The position numbers were made by a program, and so were the translations under genes. The notes beneath the pieces are model-generated. The model did not search any database. It saw only the letters and a program-made list of their open reading frames with translations, and was not told the origin of the DNA. Shown piece by piece: positions 18,290 to 28,032 of a stretch of 64,000 bases of DNA. The DNA comes from Jatrophihabitans sp. (lineage in GTDB: Bacteria > Actinomycetota > Actinomycetes > Mycobacteriales > Jatrophihabitantaceae). The number at the start of each line of letters is the position of its first letter. The first letter of the stretch is position 1. The stretch lies in the NCBI GenBank assembly GCA_035642535.1, contig DASQSE010000016.1:17329-81328 (forward strand), written 5' to 3'.

Positions 18290-19204
18290 TCAGCGGGCGG
18301 CGCGCTGGGGGCGAGCGAGTTCGACGAGCAACCCGGGGTGATCGGTCGTGCCGTGCATGTCGATGACTGCGCGCGATCGCAAGGCGAATCCCGGGCTCGT
18401 CACGATGTCCTGACGCGCGCCGTCGTCAGTGCGCTGATACCCGTCCGGCACGCAGGACTGCGGCTCGGGTGCGTCACCGACCGGGAGATTCAGGTCGGCG
18501 CCGAGAACGACGGGGTCGTCGCCGTTCTGACTGCGCACCATCGGCACGGCCGACGTCAAGAGGTAGCGGCATTGGGCGAACGCGAGCGTCGTGCTGGTGC
18601 TTGCTGCGTGCGTGGTGCAGGCGATGAACTCGGTGGCTACGTCGATGCACAGCCAGACCCGCTCCTCGGGATCGCCGGGGTCCTGCATCGGATATCCGCC
18701 GCTGTAGCTGCGATAGGCGGAGGCGGAGGACGGCATCCGGGCGAGCACGCCGATGCCGTATCGCTCACCGTCTTGGCACCGGTACGGACCGTTGGTCCGG
18801 CGGTCGGCGGCCGCCTTGAAGGCCGAGGCGATCACCGCGCCGCGGTAGGTGCTCGACATCGCCCGCGCCAGCACCGACACGTCGCCGCGGCAGATCTCGT
18901 TGAGCGTGACGATGTCGGGCCGCTGGTCGCGGATCAGCCCGGCGGCCGCATCGACGGCTCGTCCGGTGAAGCAGTCGGCGAGCCCGCTATCGCAGAGGTT
19001 CAGTTGCAGCTCTCGCAGGGCCGGACCGCTGACCCGGCCCGATATCGTCCAGTGAATTACACCTTCGTCGAAACCGGCCTCCTGGCGGGCAGTTGCCGAA
19101 CCGGTCAGCCAGACGACAGAAGAGACCAGGCAGCACCAAGTGGCCAATGCCTTCCATGGGCAGCGGAATCGACCAGCCGTGCGACGGCGAAATACAACGA
19201 CCAC
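18290..19204 (-). CDS. Endonuclease/exonuclease/phosphatase family protein, probably exported (start uncertain)
   Basis: LQLNLC, PDIVTLNEIC, TTH, VLGADLN, TDHP metal/catalytic motifs. Confidence 0.8.
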   Translation of the reverse strand: MVVVFRRRTAGRFRCPWKALATWCCLVSSVVWLTGSATARQEAGFDEGVIHWTISGRVSGPALRELQLNLCDSGLADCFTGRAVDAAAGLIRDQRPDIVTLNEICRGDVSVLARAMSSTYRGAVIASAFKAAADRRTNGPYRCQDGERYGIGVLARMPSSASAYRSYSGGYPMQDPGDPEERVWLCIDVATEFIACTTHAASTSTTLAFAQCRYLLTSAVPMVRSQNGDDPVVLGADLNLPVGDAPEPQSCVPDGYQRTDDGARQDIVTSPGFALRSRAVIDMHGTTDHPGLLVELARPQRAAR

Positions 19205-19243
19205 CTCAGCGTAGCCGTCACGATCCGGCGCAGTGGGCCTCGA

Positions 19244-19723
19244 TTACTTGCCGACCGAGTCCCCTGCGTCGGGTTCCCCGATGTCCTCGTTCCACAACGT
19301 CGGGTACGCGGCGATGAACTCGCTCATCATCTGCACGCAATCGGCGTCGTCGAGCACCACGACCTCGACGCCGTGCTGCCGCAGCAGGTCCTCGGCACCG
19401 AGGAACGTCTTGTTCTCGCCGATGACGACGCGCGGAATCTTGTACAGCAGCATCGCGCCCGTGCACATGTGGCACGGCGCGAGCGTGGTGTACATCGTCG
19501 ACCGCGCATACGTCGTCGCGGGCAGCCGGCCGGCATTCTCGAGCGCGTCCGTCTCACCGTGCCGGATCGCACTGCCCTGCTGCACGCGCCGGTTGTGGCC
19601 GCGGCCCACGACCTCGCCGTCGACGACGAGCACCGCGCCGATGGGTATGCCGCCCTCGGCCAGCCCGGCCCGCGCCTCGGCGACGGCCGCCGCGAGGAAC
19701 TGGGGATCGGCTTCGGGGTTCAT
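19244..19723 (-). CDS. Zn-dependent nucleoside/cytosine deaminase (yeast Fcy1-type CDA fold)
   Basis: GHNRRVQQGSAIRHGETDALENAG and TTLAPCHMCTGA (HxE...PCxxC). Confidence 0.88.
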   Translation of the reverse strand: MNPEADPQFLAAAVAEARAGLAEGGIPIGAVLVVDGEVVGRGHNRRVQQGSAIRHGETDALENAGRLPATTYARSTMYTTLAPCHMCTGAMLLYKIPRVVIGENKTFLGAEDLLRQHGVEVVVLDDADCVQMMSEFIAAYPTLWNEDIGEPDAGDSVGK

Positions 19724-19742
19724 TTCGTCCTCCTCAATCGGC

Positions 19743-20636
19743 TCAGAGGCGCCGGTACGGCTTGAGGTACGCACCCGGATAGGCGACATTGCGTCCGGAC
19801 GCGGCGAGCGCGGCGATCACAACGACGTAGGGCGCCGCAATCATGATCTCGCGTGGCACATGTGCGAACGTATCGGTGATCGCCAACTGCAACTGCAGCG
19901 CGTCGATCCCGGCGAACAGCAGTGCGCCTACGACTGCCCCCCAGATGCGCCAGCGTCCGAAGATCACCAGTGCGATCGCCACCCAGCCGCGACCGTTGGT
20001 GATGTTCAGGGTGAACGTGCCGACCATCGCCAGCGTCAGGAACGCACCGCCGACGGCCATCAGCACGCCGCCGATCAACAACGCCGCGTAGCGCGTGCGC
20101 GCCACGCTGATGCCTGCGACATCGGCGGCCTCCGGATTCTCGCCCACCGCGCGGATCCGCAAGCCGAATCCGGTGCGGGTCAGCAACCACGCGAGGAACG
20201 GCACCACGACGAAGAAGCCGATGTAGGTCAGCAGGTATTGGCTGGCGATCGGCGTGTGCTGGAACAGCTGCGGGAACGGCTTGATGTAGACGCTGGCGCC
20301 GCTGTACAGCAGCCGGTTGCTGAAGTCGCACAACGCGATCAGCAGCAGCGTCGTGCCGATCCCGGAGACATGCTGGTTGACTCCGAGCGTGACCGTCAGC
20401 AACCCCATCAGCAGCGCGGCCACGACACCGGCGCCGATAGCGGCCACGAGGCCCACCCAGGGCGAACCGGTGTGGTCCGCGACGGTGAACCCGACGAACG
20501 CGCCGCTGTACATCGTGCCCTCGATGCCGAGGTTGAGGACGCCCGCGCGCTCGGTCACGACCTCGCCGGCCGCCGCGTAGACGAGCACCGTCGCGCTCAC
20601 GAACATCGCGGTGATCAGATCGGGAATGTCGATCAA
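19743..20636 (-). CDS. Nucleoside-type ABC transporter permease II
   Basis: GEVVTERAGVLNLGIEG, GLRIRAVGENPEAADVAGISV, GRGWVAIALVIFGRW; TTGA overlap with the upstream gene. Confidence 0.9.
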   Translation of the reverse strand: MIDIPDLITAMFVSATVLVYAAAGEVVTERAGVLNLGIEGTMYSGAFVGFTVADHTGSPWVGLVAAIGAGVVAALLMGLLTVTLGVNQHVSGIGTTLLLIALCDFSNRLLYSGASVYIKPFPQLFQHTPIASQYLLTYIGFFVVVPFLAWLLTRTGFGLRIRAVGENPEAADVAGISVARTRYAALLIGGVLMAVGGAFLTLAMVGTFTLNITNGRGWVAIALVIFGRWRIWGAVVGALLFAGIDALQLQLAITDTFAHVPREIMIAAPYVVVIAALAASGRNVAYPGAYLKPYRRL

Positions 20637-21742
20637 CGCAGCACCTCCTCCCGGGAGGCGACCCTGGCCATGGTCGCGGCCGCCTTTCTCCGGCGACTCA
20701 GCACCGGTCGGTAGCGCCGCAGCACGAGGATGCCGACCGTCACGAGCAGCAGCGTCGCGGTGACGACCTGGCCCATCTGCGGCGGGAGTTGCAGCACGAG
20801 CGAGGCGGAGTCGGCCCCGACGACGATGTCGCCGAGCAGCAGCGCGACGAGCACCACACCGATCGGGGTCAGCGCCGCAAGGGTCGCGACGACGATGCCG
20901 GTGTAGCCGAAGCCGGCCGAGATCTCGCCGGTGAGCTGGCCCTGTAGCCCGCAAACCTGGCTCACGCCGCCCATGCCCGCGATCGCGCCGCTGACCAGTG
21001 CGGACGAGAGCATGGTGCGCTCGACGCTCACGCCGTTGAAGCGCGCACCGGCCGAGGTGAGTCCGACGGCGCGCAGCCGCAGGCCGGTGGCGGTGCGGGC
21101 GAGCACCAGCCAGGCGAGAGCCGCGAGCCCCAGGGCAACGGCGAAGCCGAGATGCACGCGGGTGCCCGGGATGATCTTCGGAAAGTTGTAGCCGGAGCCG
21201 ATGTAGGCGGACTCGGGGAACTGATTCACCGGGTTGCGCCACGGACCGTTGAGCAGGCCCTGCACGCAGAGCAGCGCAACCGGGTTCAGCAGCAACGTTG
21301 TCACCACTTCGTCGATGCGGAACCCGACCCGCAGCAGCGCGGGGACGAGGATCCACAGCGCGCCCGCAACGGCGCCCGCGGCGAGCGCGAACGGGATTGC
21401 GACCGGCGCCGGCAACCCGTCGAACGTCGTCCCGGCCCAGGTCGCCGCAATCGCGCCGGCGAGGAACTGTCCTTCGGCGCCGATGTTGTAGAAGCCGGCG
21501 CGGAAGGCGATCGCGACCGCCAGGCCGGTGAAAAGCAGCGGCGTCGACGTGAGCAGCACCTCGCCGAGCGAGTCACCGCTCGTGAGCGGCCAGATCACGT
21601 AGCGCCGGTATGCCGCCATCGGGTTGGCGCCGGCCCAGCGGATCGGACCGGCGGTGAGCAGGTAGGTGATCGCGATGGCGCAGCAGATGAGTAACGGTGC
21701 CAACCAGCGCGGCTCGCGGCTGCGCAGGACGAGCCGGATCAT
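20633..21742 (-). CDS. Nucleoside-type ABC transporter permease I
   Basis: FRAGFYNIGAEGQ, DEVVTTLLLN, GFGYTGIVVATL; ATGA overlap with the ATPase gene. Confidence 0.9.
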   Translation of the reverse strand: MIRLVLRSREPRWLAPLLICCAIAITYLLTAGPIRWAGANPMAAYRRYVIWPLTSGDSLGEVLLTSTPLLFTGLAVAIAFRAGFYNIGAEGQFLAGAIAATWAGTTFDGLPAPVAIPFALAAGAVAGALWILVPALLRVGFRIDEVVTTLLLNPVALLCVQGLLNGPWRNPVNQFPESAYIGSGYNFPKIIPGTRVHLGFAVALGLAALAWLVLARTATGLRLRAVGLTSAGARFNGVSVERTMLSSALVSGAIAGMGGVSQVCGLQGQLTGEISAGFGYTGIVVATLAALTPIGVVLVALLLGDIVVGADSASLVLQLPPQMGQVVTATLLLVTVGILVLRRYRPVLSRRRKAAATMARVASREEVLR

Positions 21743-23274
21743 GCTGCGGCTCCCGTCATGAGCAGGCCGAGCCCTTCCGGTGTCGCGTCCGCCGCCGCGA
21801 GCTCGCCCGTGACTCGTCCCTCGAACAGCACGACGAGCCGGTCGCACAGGGCGAGCAGTTCCTCGAGGTCCTCCGACACCAACAAGACGCCGGTGCCGAC
21901 CTTGCGAAGATCGAGCAGCTGGCGGTGGACGTACTCCGCAGCGCCGACGTCCAGACCTCGGGTGGGCTGGGCGACGACGACCACTTTCGGCTCGCGCGTC
22001 AGCACACGTGCCAGGAGGACCTTCTGCACGTTGCCGCCCGACAGCGACGCGACGGTGTCGGTGGGCTGTGCCTTGATGTCGAAGCGTCGGATCACATTCT
22101 CGGCATAATCACGCATTCGCCGGCGGTCGAGGAAGGGTCCGCGGCGGAACTCGGCGAGGTGTTCGAAGACGAGGTTCTGCTCGACGCTGAGGTCGGTGAG
22201 CAGCGTGCCCTGCCGGTCTTCGTGAATGCGGCCGAGTCCGGCGGCGATCATCTCCTGCGGCCCGCCGCCGGTCACGTCGCGACCGTCCACTCGGACTCGG
22301 CCGTCGGCCGGTCTCTCGATACCGCACAAGACATCGACGAGCTGCCGTTGACCGTTGCCGGAGACCCCGGCGATCCCGACGATCTCGCCCGCGTGCACCT
22401 GCAACGTCACGTCGTCGACGGCGTTGCGTCCGCGCCCGGCCACCGTCAAGTGCGCTACATCGAGCACCGGACGGGCTGCCGCAACCGACGCGACCGCGCT
22501 CTCCCGCTCGACGCCGAGTGTCGGCCGTCCGACCATCAGCTCGGCGAGGTGGCGCGGCTCGACACCGGTTGCGTCGATGGTGTCGATGACGCGCCCGCGG
22601 CGCAGCACGCTGACGCGGTCGCTGACGGAGGTGACCTCGCGCAGTTTGTGGCTGATGAACAGCACGCCCAGCCCTTGCGAGGTGATCCGGCGGATCGTCG
22701 TGAACAGGGCCTGGACGTCCTGAGGCACCAGCACCGCGGTCGGTTCGTCGAGGATGAGGACCCGGCAGTCGTGGTAGAGCGCCTTCAGGATCTCGACGCG
22801 TTGCTGCTCGCCGACCGACAGCCGCCCGACGCGCGCGTCCGGGTCGATCGTGACGCCCAGCCGATCCGCTGCGGCGAGCACCTTCTTGCGCGCCGCGCCG
22901 AGATCGATCGGGCCCAGCCCCGCGCCGGAGAGCATGACGTTCTCGGTCACGGTCATCGGCTTCACGAGCGAGAAGTGCTGCGTGACCATTCCGATCCCAT
23001 TGCGGATCGCGTCCCGCGGCGATGTGATCGTCGTGGGCGCGCCATCGATCAGGATCTCGCCGCGGTCCGCCCGGGTGAGCCCGTAGAGGATGCGCATCAG
23101 CGTGGTCTTGCCGGCGCCGTTCTCCCCGAGCAAGGCGTGGACCTCGCCCTGGCGCAAGGTGAGGTCCACGCCGTCGTTGGCGACCAGGTCACCGAACGAC
23201 TTCCGGATCGCCCGCAACTCGACAAGCGGCACGTCACCGGCCGAACTCGCCGCGAGCGACGCTTCTCCGGTCAT
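21739..23274 (-). CDS. ABC transporter ATP-binding protein (double NBD, sugar/nucleoside class)
   Basis: GENGAGKTT, LSVGEQQRVEI, LILDEPT, LSGGNVQK, QPTRGLDVGA. Confidence 0.93.
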   Translation of the reverse strand: MTGEASLAASSAGDVPLVELRAIRKSFGDLVANDGVDLTLRQGEVHALLGENGAGKTTLMRILYGLTRADRGEILIDGAPTTITSPRDAIRNGIGMVTQHFSLVKPMTVTENVMLSGAGLGPIDLGAARKKVLAAADRLGVTIDPDARVGRLSVGEQQRVEILKALYHDCRVLILDEPTAVLVPQDVQALFTTIRRITSQGLGVLFISHKLREVTSVSDRVSVLRRGRVIDTIDATGVEPRHLAELMVGRPTLGVERESAVASVAAARPVLDVAHLTVAGRGRNAVDDVTLQVHAGEIVGIAGVSGNGQRQLVDVLCGIERPADGRVRVDGRDVTGGGPQEMIAAGLGRIHEDRQGTLLTDLSVEQNLVFEHLAEFRRGPFLDRRRMRDYAENVIRRFDIKAQPTDTVASLSGGNVQKVLLARVLTREPKVVVVAQPTRGLDVGAAEYVHRQLLDLRKVGTGVLLVSEDLEELLALCDRLVVLFEGRVTGELAAADATPEGLGLLMTGAAA

Positions 23275-23289
23275 GAGGGGCGTCCGCCT

Positions 23290-24360
23290 TCAGTTCTTGA
23301 TGGTGACGGAGCCCGCGGGCGTCTTCTCGTTCACCGGAGTGGCGAACGCGCCCGACTTCATCTCCTGCTCCTTCGCCTGGATCTTGGTGATCAGGTCAGC
23401 GGGGATGCCGCCCTTCACCGATGTGTTGAACGGTGAAAGCGACGAGCCGCCGTTCTTCAGGAAGCTGAACTGCGCGAGGTTCGCGTCCTTGAACGTCCCG
23501 TTGCGAACCTGCTTCAGCACGGCCTCGACGGTCGGGCCCATGTCCCAGAGCACGCTCGTCATCACCGACTGCGGACCCTCGCTCTTCTGGTCGCCCATGC
23601 AACCGATCGAGCGCAGCCCCTTCTCCTTCGCGGCGGCGATGACGCCGGCCCGCTCTGCGAAGAGGACGTCTGCTCCGGCAGAGACCTGCGCGAGCGCGGC
23701 TTGCTTCGCCTTGGCCGGGTCGAACCACGAGTTGATGAAGCTGACCTTGACGGTCACGTTGTCGTTGATCGACTGCGCGCCGGCGATGAAACCGTTGACG
23801 ATGCGGTTGACCTCGGGAACCGGATAGCCACCGACGACCCCAAGGACGTTCGACGTGGTCACACCGGCCGCGAGCATGCCGGCGAGGTAGGCCGGGTCGT
23901 GGATCCAGTTGTCGAACACGGCCAGGTTGGGAGCTTGCTGCTTCTCGCCCGAGCCGAAGACGAACGCGATGTCCGGATAGTCCTTCGCCACTTTCCGTAC
24001 CGCTGCCTCGTTGCCGAACGCGTCACCGAAGATGACATCCGGCTGCTCGTTCTGGGCGATGTCGCGCAACGTGCGCTCCATCCCGCCGGAGTAGCCGATG
24101 TTGTCGACGTGCTTGTACGTGATCTCCCCGGCATCTGCCGCGTGTTGCAGCGCAGCGTGGATGACCCCGTCCCAGGGCTCCTCGATGGGCGTCGCGAAGG
24201 CTCCGTACACGAGCAGTTGCTGCGTGGCGGGACCCGATCCGGAAGGCGGTTGACTGTTTGATGTCTGGTCGCCGGTCGTGCCGCCGCACGCGGCTACCGA
24301 GGCGACAGTTACGAGTGCGAGTGCGGCGATGGCGTACCGGCGCCACCAGGCTGCGGCCAT
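23290..24360 (-). CDS. BMP family ABC substrate-binding lipoprotein
   Basis: Lipobox VAAC; AYLAGMLAA, LGVVGGYPVPEVNR, SWFDPAKAKQAA, GADVLFA; RBS AGGAGG at 24365-24370. Confidence 0.9.
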   Translation of the reverse strand: MAAAWWRRYAIAALALVTVASVAACGGTTGDQTSNSQPPSGSGPATQQLLVYGAFATPIEEPWDGVIHAALQHAADAGEITYKHVDNIGYSGGMERTLRDIAQNEQPDVIFGDAFGNEAAVRKVAKDYPDIAFVFGSGEKQQAPNLAVFDNWIHDPAYLAGMLAAGVTTSNVLGVVGGYPVPEVNRIVNGFIAGAQSINDNVTVKVSFINSWFDPAKAKQAALAQVSAGADVLFAERAGVIAAAKEKGLRSIGCMGDQKSEGPQSVMTSVLWDMGPTVEAVLKQVRNGTFKDANLAQFSFLKNGGSSLSPFNTSVKGGIPADLITKIQAKEQEMKSGAFATPVNEKTPAGSVTIKN

Positions 24361-24520
24361 GGCTCCTCCTGACCCGGAACCGGAAGATTGCTGGATACCG
24401 CCGAACCTCCCACCGCACCAGGTCATGGGACAGGTGCCGAAGGCACACACCCAGTGGGTCCGACGGCCCACCAATTCGGTTGCCTGGGACATTCCCGACG
24501 CGGTTTGCGGACGCCGCAGC

Positions 24521-25141
24521 TCAGTGGCCGATCGAGCTCAACCACTTCGGGTGATGCTGGGCCGCCCACGAGCGCCGCACGCGTCCGTGGACCATCGCGT
24601 TGAGCGCGTGCCTGGTGGCTGGATTGATCACCGCCATGAAGACGTGCGCGCCGACCAGTGCACCGGTGAGTAGCGCGAACGCCGCGTGCAAGCCGCCTGC
24701 CGCGTCGTCGAACAGCGCGTGGAGGCCGCTCCCGATGAGCCCGGTGACGGACCCGGCCAGGGCCCACGCCATCATCTTCTGGCCGGCGTTGAACATCCCC
24801 CACTGCGGTTCCGGCTGCCGGTGCAACGGGTGCCGAATCCGGCCCGCGAGCCACTGCCGGTCGGTGTGATCCAGGCGCAACAACGCGGTAGCGGCGCGAA
24901 CCAGGCTGCGCCGGTCACCGAAGATCACGATGACGAGCGCGCCCACGGTCAGCGCAACGACAGCGGCAACGTGCACGACGAGCATCGGTCCGGACCCGTC
25001 GTCGCCCAGCGCCAGCCCCGACAGTGCTGCAACCGCCAGCATCGAGACTGTCCACCAATGTCCGAACCGTTCCGTCAAGCCGAATCGGTGGACCCAGTCC
25101 GGATTCGCGCCGAGCTGCCCGGATCTTGCCGTTGCGGCCAT
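24521..25141 (-). CDS. Di-haem cytochrome b (FdnI / cytochrome b/b6 domain) membrane protein
   Basis: VHRFGLTERFGHW, GMFNAGQK, and four TM His (GHW, VHV, LHA, AHV). Confidence 0.8.
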   Translation of the reverse strand: MAATARSGQLGANPDWVHRFGLTERFGHWWTVSMLAVAALSGLALGDDGSGPMLVVHVAAVVALTVGALVIVIFGDRRSLVRAATALLRLDHTDRQWLAGRIRHPLHRQPEPQWGMFNAGQKMMAWALAGSVTGLIGSGLHALFDDAAGGLHAAFALLTGALVGAHVFMAVINPATRHALNAMVHGRVRRSWAAQHHPKWLSSIGH

Positions 25142-25284
25142 GACGAATCACCTCCGTCGCCTCCATGCAACCCACGTCCGTGATCAACCAACAAGAGGCG
25201 AACGGCCCAGCCCGCGCGCGGGTGCGGGTCGAATGGCCTCTGCACTCGGGCTCCGACAGGAGCAAGGGTGGATGCGTGAGGCGG

Positions 25285-27564
25285 ATGGGCAAGGCGCGTG
25301 ACCTGCTGCTGTTCGCGTCCACGTCGTTGCTGCTTGTCGTGGGCATGGGCGGTTGGCTGCTCGGGGCGCACGACGCTGCTGCCGGGCTGTGGTTCGCCGC
25401 GACCGGTATCGGCCTCGGATACTCGCTGATCTCGACGCTGGCCGGGGTGATCCGTCGCCAACCCGGTGTCGATGTGATTGCGTTGCTCGCGTTGATCGGG
25501 GCGGTTGTGGTCGACGAGCCGTTCGCCGGCGCGATGATCGCGGTCATGCTGGCGACCGGCCAGCTCCTGGAATCTCGTGCGGCGGCGCGGGCGCGTCGCG
25601 AGCTGAACCTGCTGATCTCGCGTGCGCCGCGCACCGCCCGGCGGGTCGTTCCGAGCGGCGTGGAGGAGGTCGAGGTCGGTGCGGTCGCGCCGGGCGACCA
25701 TCTGATGGTCGGCGCGGGCGAGGTGGTCCCGGTCGATGGCCGGCTACTCGCGGACGCGATCTTGGACGAGTCGTCGCTGACCGGTGAGGCGCGCCCGGTC
25801 GACCGCCTGGCGGGTGACGAAGTGCGCAGCGGTGTCGTCAACGCGGGCTCGCCGATCGAACTGCTCGCCACTGCGGCCGCGGCCGACTCCACCTATGCCG
25901 CTGTCGTTCGGCTGGTGGAGCAGGCGCAAGCATCGGCCGCACCGTTCGTCCGGCTTGCGGACCGGCTCGCGATCATCTTCGTCCCGCTGACGCTGCTGCT
26001 CGCCGGCGCCTCGTGGTGGCTGTCCGGGGACACCGTGCGCGCGGTGGCCGTCCTGGTCGTCGCGACGCCGTGCCCGCTGCTGCTCGCCACGCCCATCGCG
26101 ATCATCTCCGGCATATCGCGCGCCGCGCAGGTAGGCGCTGTGGTCAAGGGCGGTGCTGCGCTGGAGCGGCTCGCTGCCGGCCGGGTGCTGCTCTTCGACA
26201 AGACCGGAACGCTCACCGCGGGCCGTCCGCGGCTTGCCCAACTCGTCGCGCCGGGGCCGCTCGGCGGCGACCGGCTGCTGGCCTTGGCGGCATCGCTCGA
26301 CCAGCTCTCGCCCCACCCGTTGGCGAGTGCGCTGGTCGTGGCCGCCGACCGCCGCGGGCTGGCGCTGAGCATGCCGACCGACGTCCATGAGCTGCACGGT
26401 CACGGCATCGAGGGCACGGTCGAGGGTCACCGGATTCGGCTCGGCAAGCCGGCGTGGATCGTCGGCGAGCGGGAGCTGCGGTGGGCGGCGCAGGTGCAGC
26501 ACCGGGCCGAGTTGGATGGTGCGCCGTCGGTGTTCGCCGCCGTCGACGGTGAGCCGGCCGGCGCGTTCCTGTTCGGCGATCCGATCCGACCCGACGCCGC
26601 GCGCATGGTGCGTCGACTGCGCGCCGCCGGAATACGTCGCGTGGTGCTGCTGACCGGTGACCGTGCCGATCTCGCCGAAGCCGTGGGGCGCGTCGTTCGC
26701 GTCGATGACGTCGTCGCCGAACGCGACCCGGCCGGCAAGCTCGCGACCGTGACCGCGGAGTCCGCCCGCGGCCCGACGATCATGGTCGGCGACGGCATCA
26801 ACGACGCGCCCTCCCTCGCCGCGGCCGATGTCGGCGTGGCGCTGGCGGCGACCGGCGCAACCGCGTCGTCAGAAGCGGCTGACGTCGTGCTCACCGTCGA
26901 TCGGATCAGTGCCCTTGCCGACGCGATCGGCATCGCCCGACACGCGCGGCGCATCGCCGCCCGGGCCGCGGCCGTCGGCATGGGGCTGTCTGCGATCGCG
27001 ATGGCTGCGGCGGCGGTCGGCCTCCTCATCCCCGCCGTGGGTGCGCTGACCCAAGAGGGCATCGACGTGCTGGCCATCGGGATCGCCCTGCTGGCGCTGC
27101 GTACCCCGCATCGGCAGGGCCAGCGACTCTCCGAAAGCGAGCTCGCGTTCACCGCCCAATTGCAGCAACAACACGAAGGGGTGCTGCCGACCATCGAGCG
27201 CATCGCCGCAGTCGCGGACACGCTGGCCGATCAACCCGGTGACCTCGACGCCGTGCACGCCCTGATCGACGAGTTGGAAACCACCGTGCTGCCGCACGAG
27301 CGCGAGGACGACCGGGAACTCGTCCCGCTCATCGCCAAGCGGCTCGGCAGCCCGGAGAGCGTCGCGGCCCTGCACGGCGCGCACGCCGAGATCGAGCAGC
27401 AGGTAATCCAGCTGCGCCGCCTGGTATCCCGCATCGAGGCCACGCATTGCAGCCGCGCGGACGTTGTCGAGCTGCGCCGCCTCCTCTACGGCCTCTACGC
27501 CGTGCTGCACCTGCACAACGTGCAGGAGGACGAAGGCGTCAGCGCCCTCACCCAACCGCGGTGA
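25285..27564 (+). CDS. Heavy-metal P1B-5-type ATPase with C-terminal hemerythrin domain
   Basis: LTGEA, TPCP, DKTGT, HP, TGD, GDGINDAP; C-terminal H / HEREDD / H / HNVQED hemerythrin ligand pattern. Confidence 0.9.
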   Translation: MGKARDLLLFASTSLLLVVGMGGWLLGAHDAAAGLWFAATGIGLGYSLISTLAGVIRRQPGVDVIALLALIGAVVVDEPFAGAMIAVMLATGQLLESRAAARARRELNLLISRAPRTARRVVPSGVEEVEVGAVAPGDHLMVGAGEVVPVDGRLLADAILDESSLTGEARPVDRLAGDEVRSGVVNAGSPIELLATAAAADSTYAAVVRLVEQAQASAAPFVRLADRLAIIFVPLTLLLAGASWWLSGDTVRAVAVLVVATPCPLLLATPIAIISGISRAAQVGAVVKGGAALERLAAGRVLLFDKTGTLTAGRPRLAQLVAPGPLGGDRLLALAASLDQLSPHPLASALVVAADRRGLALSMPTDVHELHGHGIEGTVEGHRIRLGKPAWIVGERELRWAAQVQHRAELDGAPSVFAAVDGEPAGAFLFGDPIRPDAARMVRRLRAAGIRRVVLLTGDRADLAEAVGRVVRVDDVVAERDPAGKLATVTAESARGPTIMVGDGINDAPSLAAADVGVALAATGATASSEAADVVLTVDRISALADAIGIARHARRIAARAAAVGMGLSAIAMAAAAVGLLIPAVGALTQEGIDVLAIGIALLALRTPHRQGQRLSESELAFTAQLQQQHEGVLPTIERIAAVADTLADQPGDLDAVHALIDELETTVLPHEREDDRELVPLIAKRLGSPESVAALHGAHAEIEQQVIQLRRLVSRIEATHCSRADVVELRRLLYGLYAVLHLHNVQEDEGVSALTQPR

Positions 27565-27592
27565 CCGGCACTTTCCGCCCGCCCGACCGCGA

Positions 27593-27958
27593 TCAGTAGC
27601 TGAACGTCGCGACCGGATCGTCGCCGATCCAGTTCCACATCGGGACCGTGCCGTTCAGTTCCGCGCCGGGGACCAGGACGTCAGCGTCCAGGTGCCGCGA
27701 GTTGTAGCAGACCGGACAGACGTAGTACTGCCCGCCGGCCGCCTCGAAGCGCTTGAGCAGATCCGGAAGTGCCGGGCATCCGTCGCAGGCGACGCCGACG
27801 GCGGTTCCCGGGATCGCGAGCCGAACCGCCTCCTTGGTCAGGAACATGAGCGTCTTGCGCCCCGTCTCGGCTGCGCCGACGGCGACCAGGAACGCCACCG
27901 TGACCTTCTCCGCGTCCTCCATGCCGGTCGTCAGACTGATCACGGCTTTGCTCGTCAT
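27593..27958 (-). CDS. DsrE family protein
   Basis: VTVAFLVAVGA...LMFLTKEAVRLA...CDGC...CPVC. Confidence 0.85.
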   Translation of the reverse strand: MTSKAVISLTTGMEDAEKVTVAFLVAVGAAETGRKTLMFLTKEAVRLAIPGTAVGVACDGCPALPDLLKRFEAAGGQYYVCPVCYNSRHLDADVLVPGAELNGTVPMWNWIGDDPVATFSY

Positions 27959-28032
27959 GGCGTGCCCCTTCCGCACAGTGTCGGTGAGGAGACGGTAGGA
28001 GTCGCGCGACGAAACGTCGTCGGGTGAACTCC

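Noticed and set aside
24440-24490. GGCAACC in the ABC leader as a SAM riboswitch
   Set aside because: The other SAM-I/IV elements are missing and the downstream genes are not sulfur-related.
10505-25141. The Mo-enzyme and the orphan cytochrome b as one respiratory complex
   Set aside because: They are about 12 kb apart, there is no Fe-S subunit and no Tat signal; no evidence of linkage.
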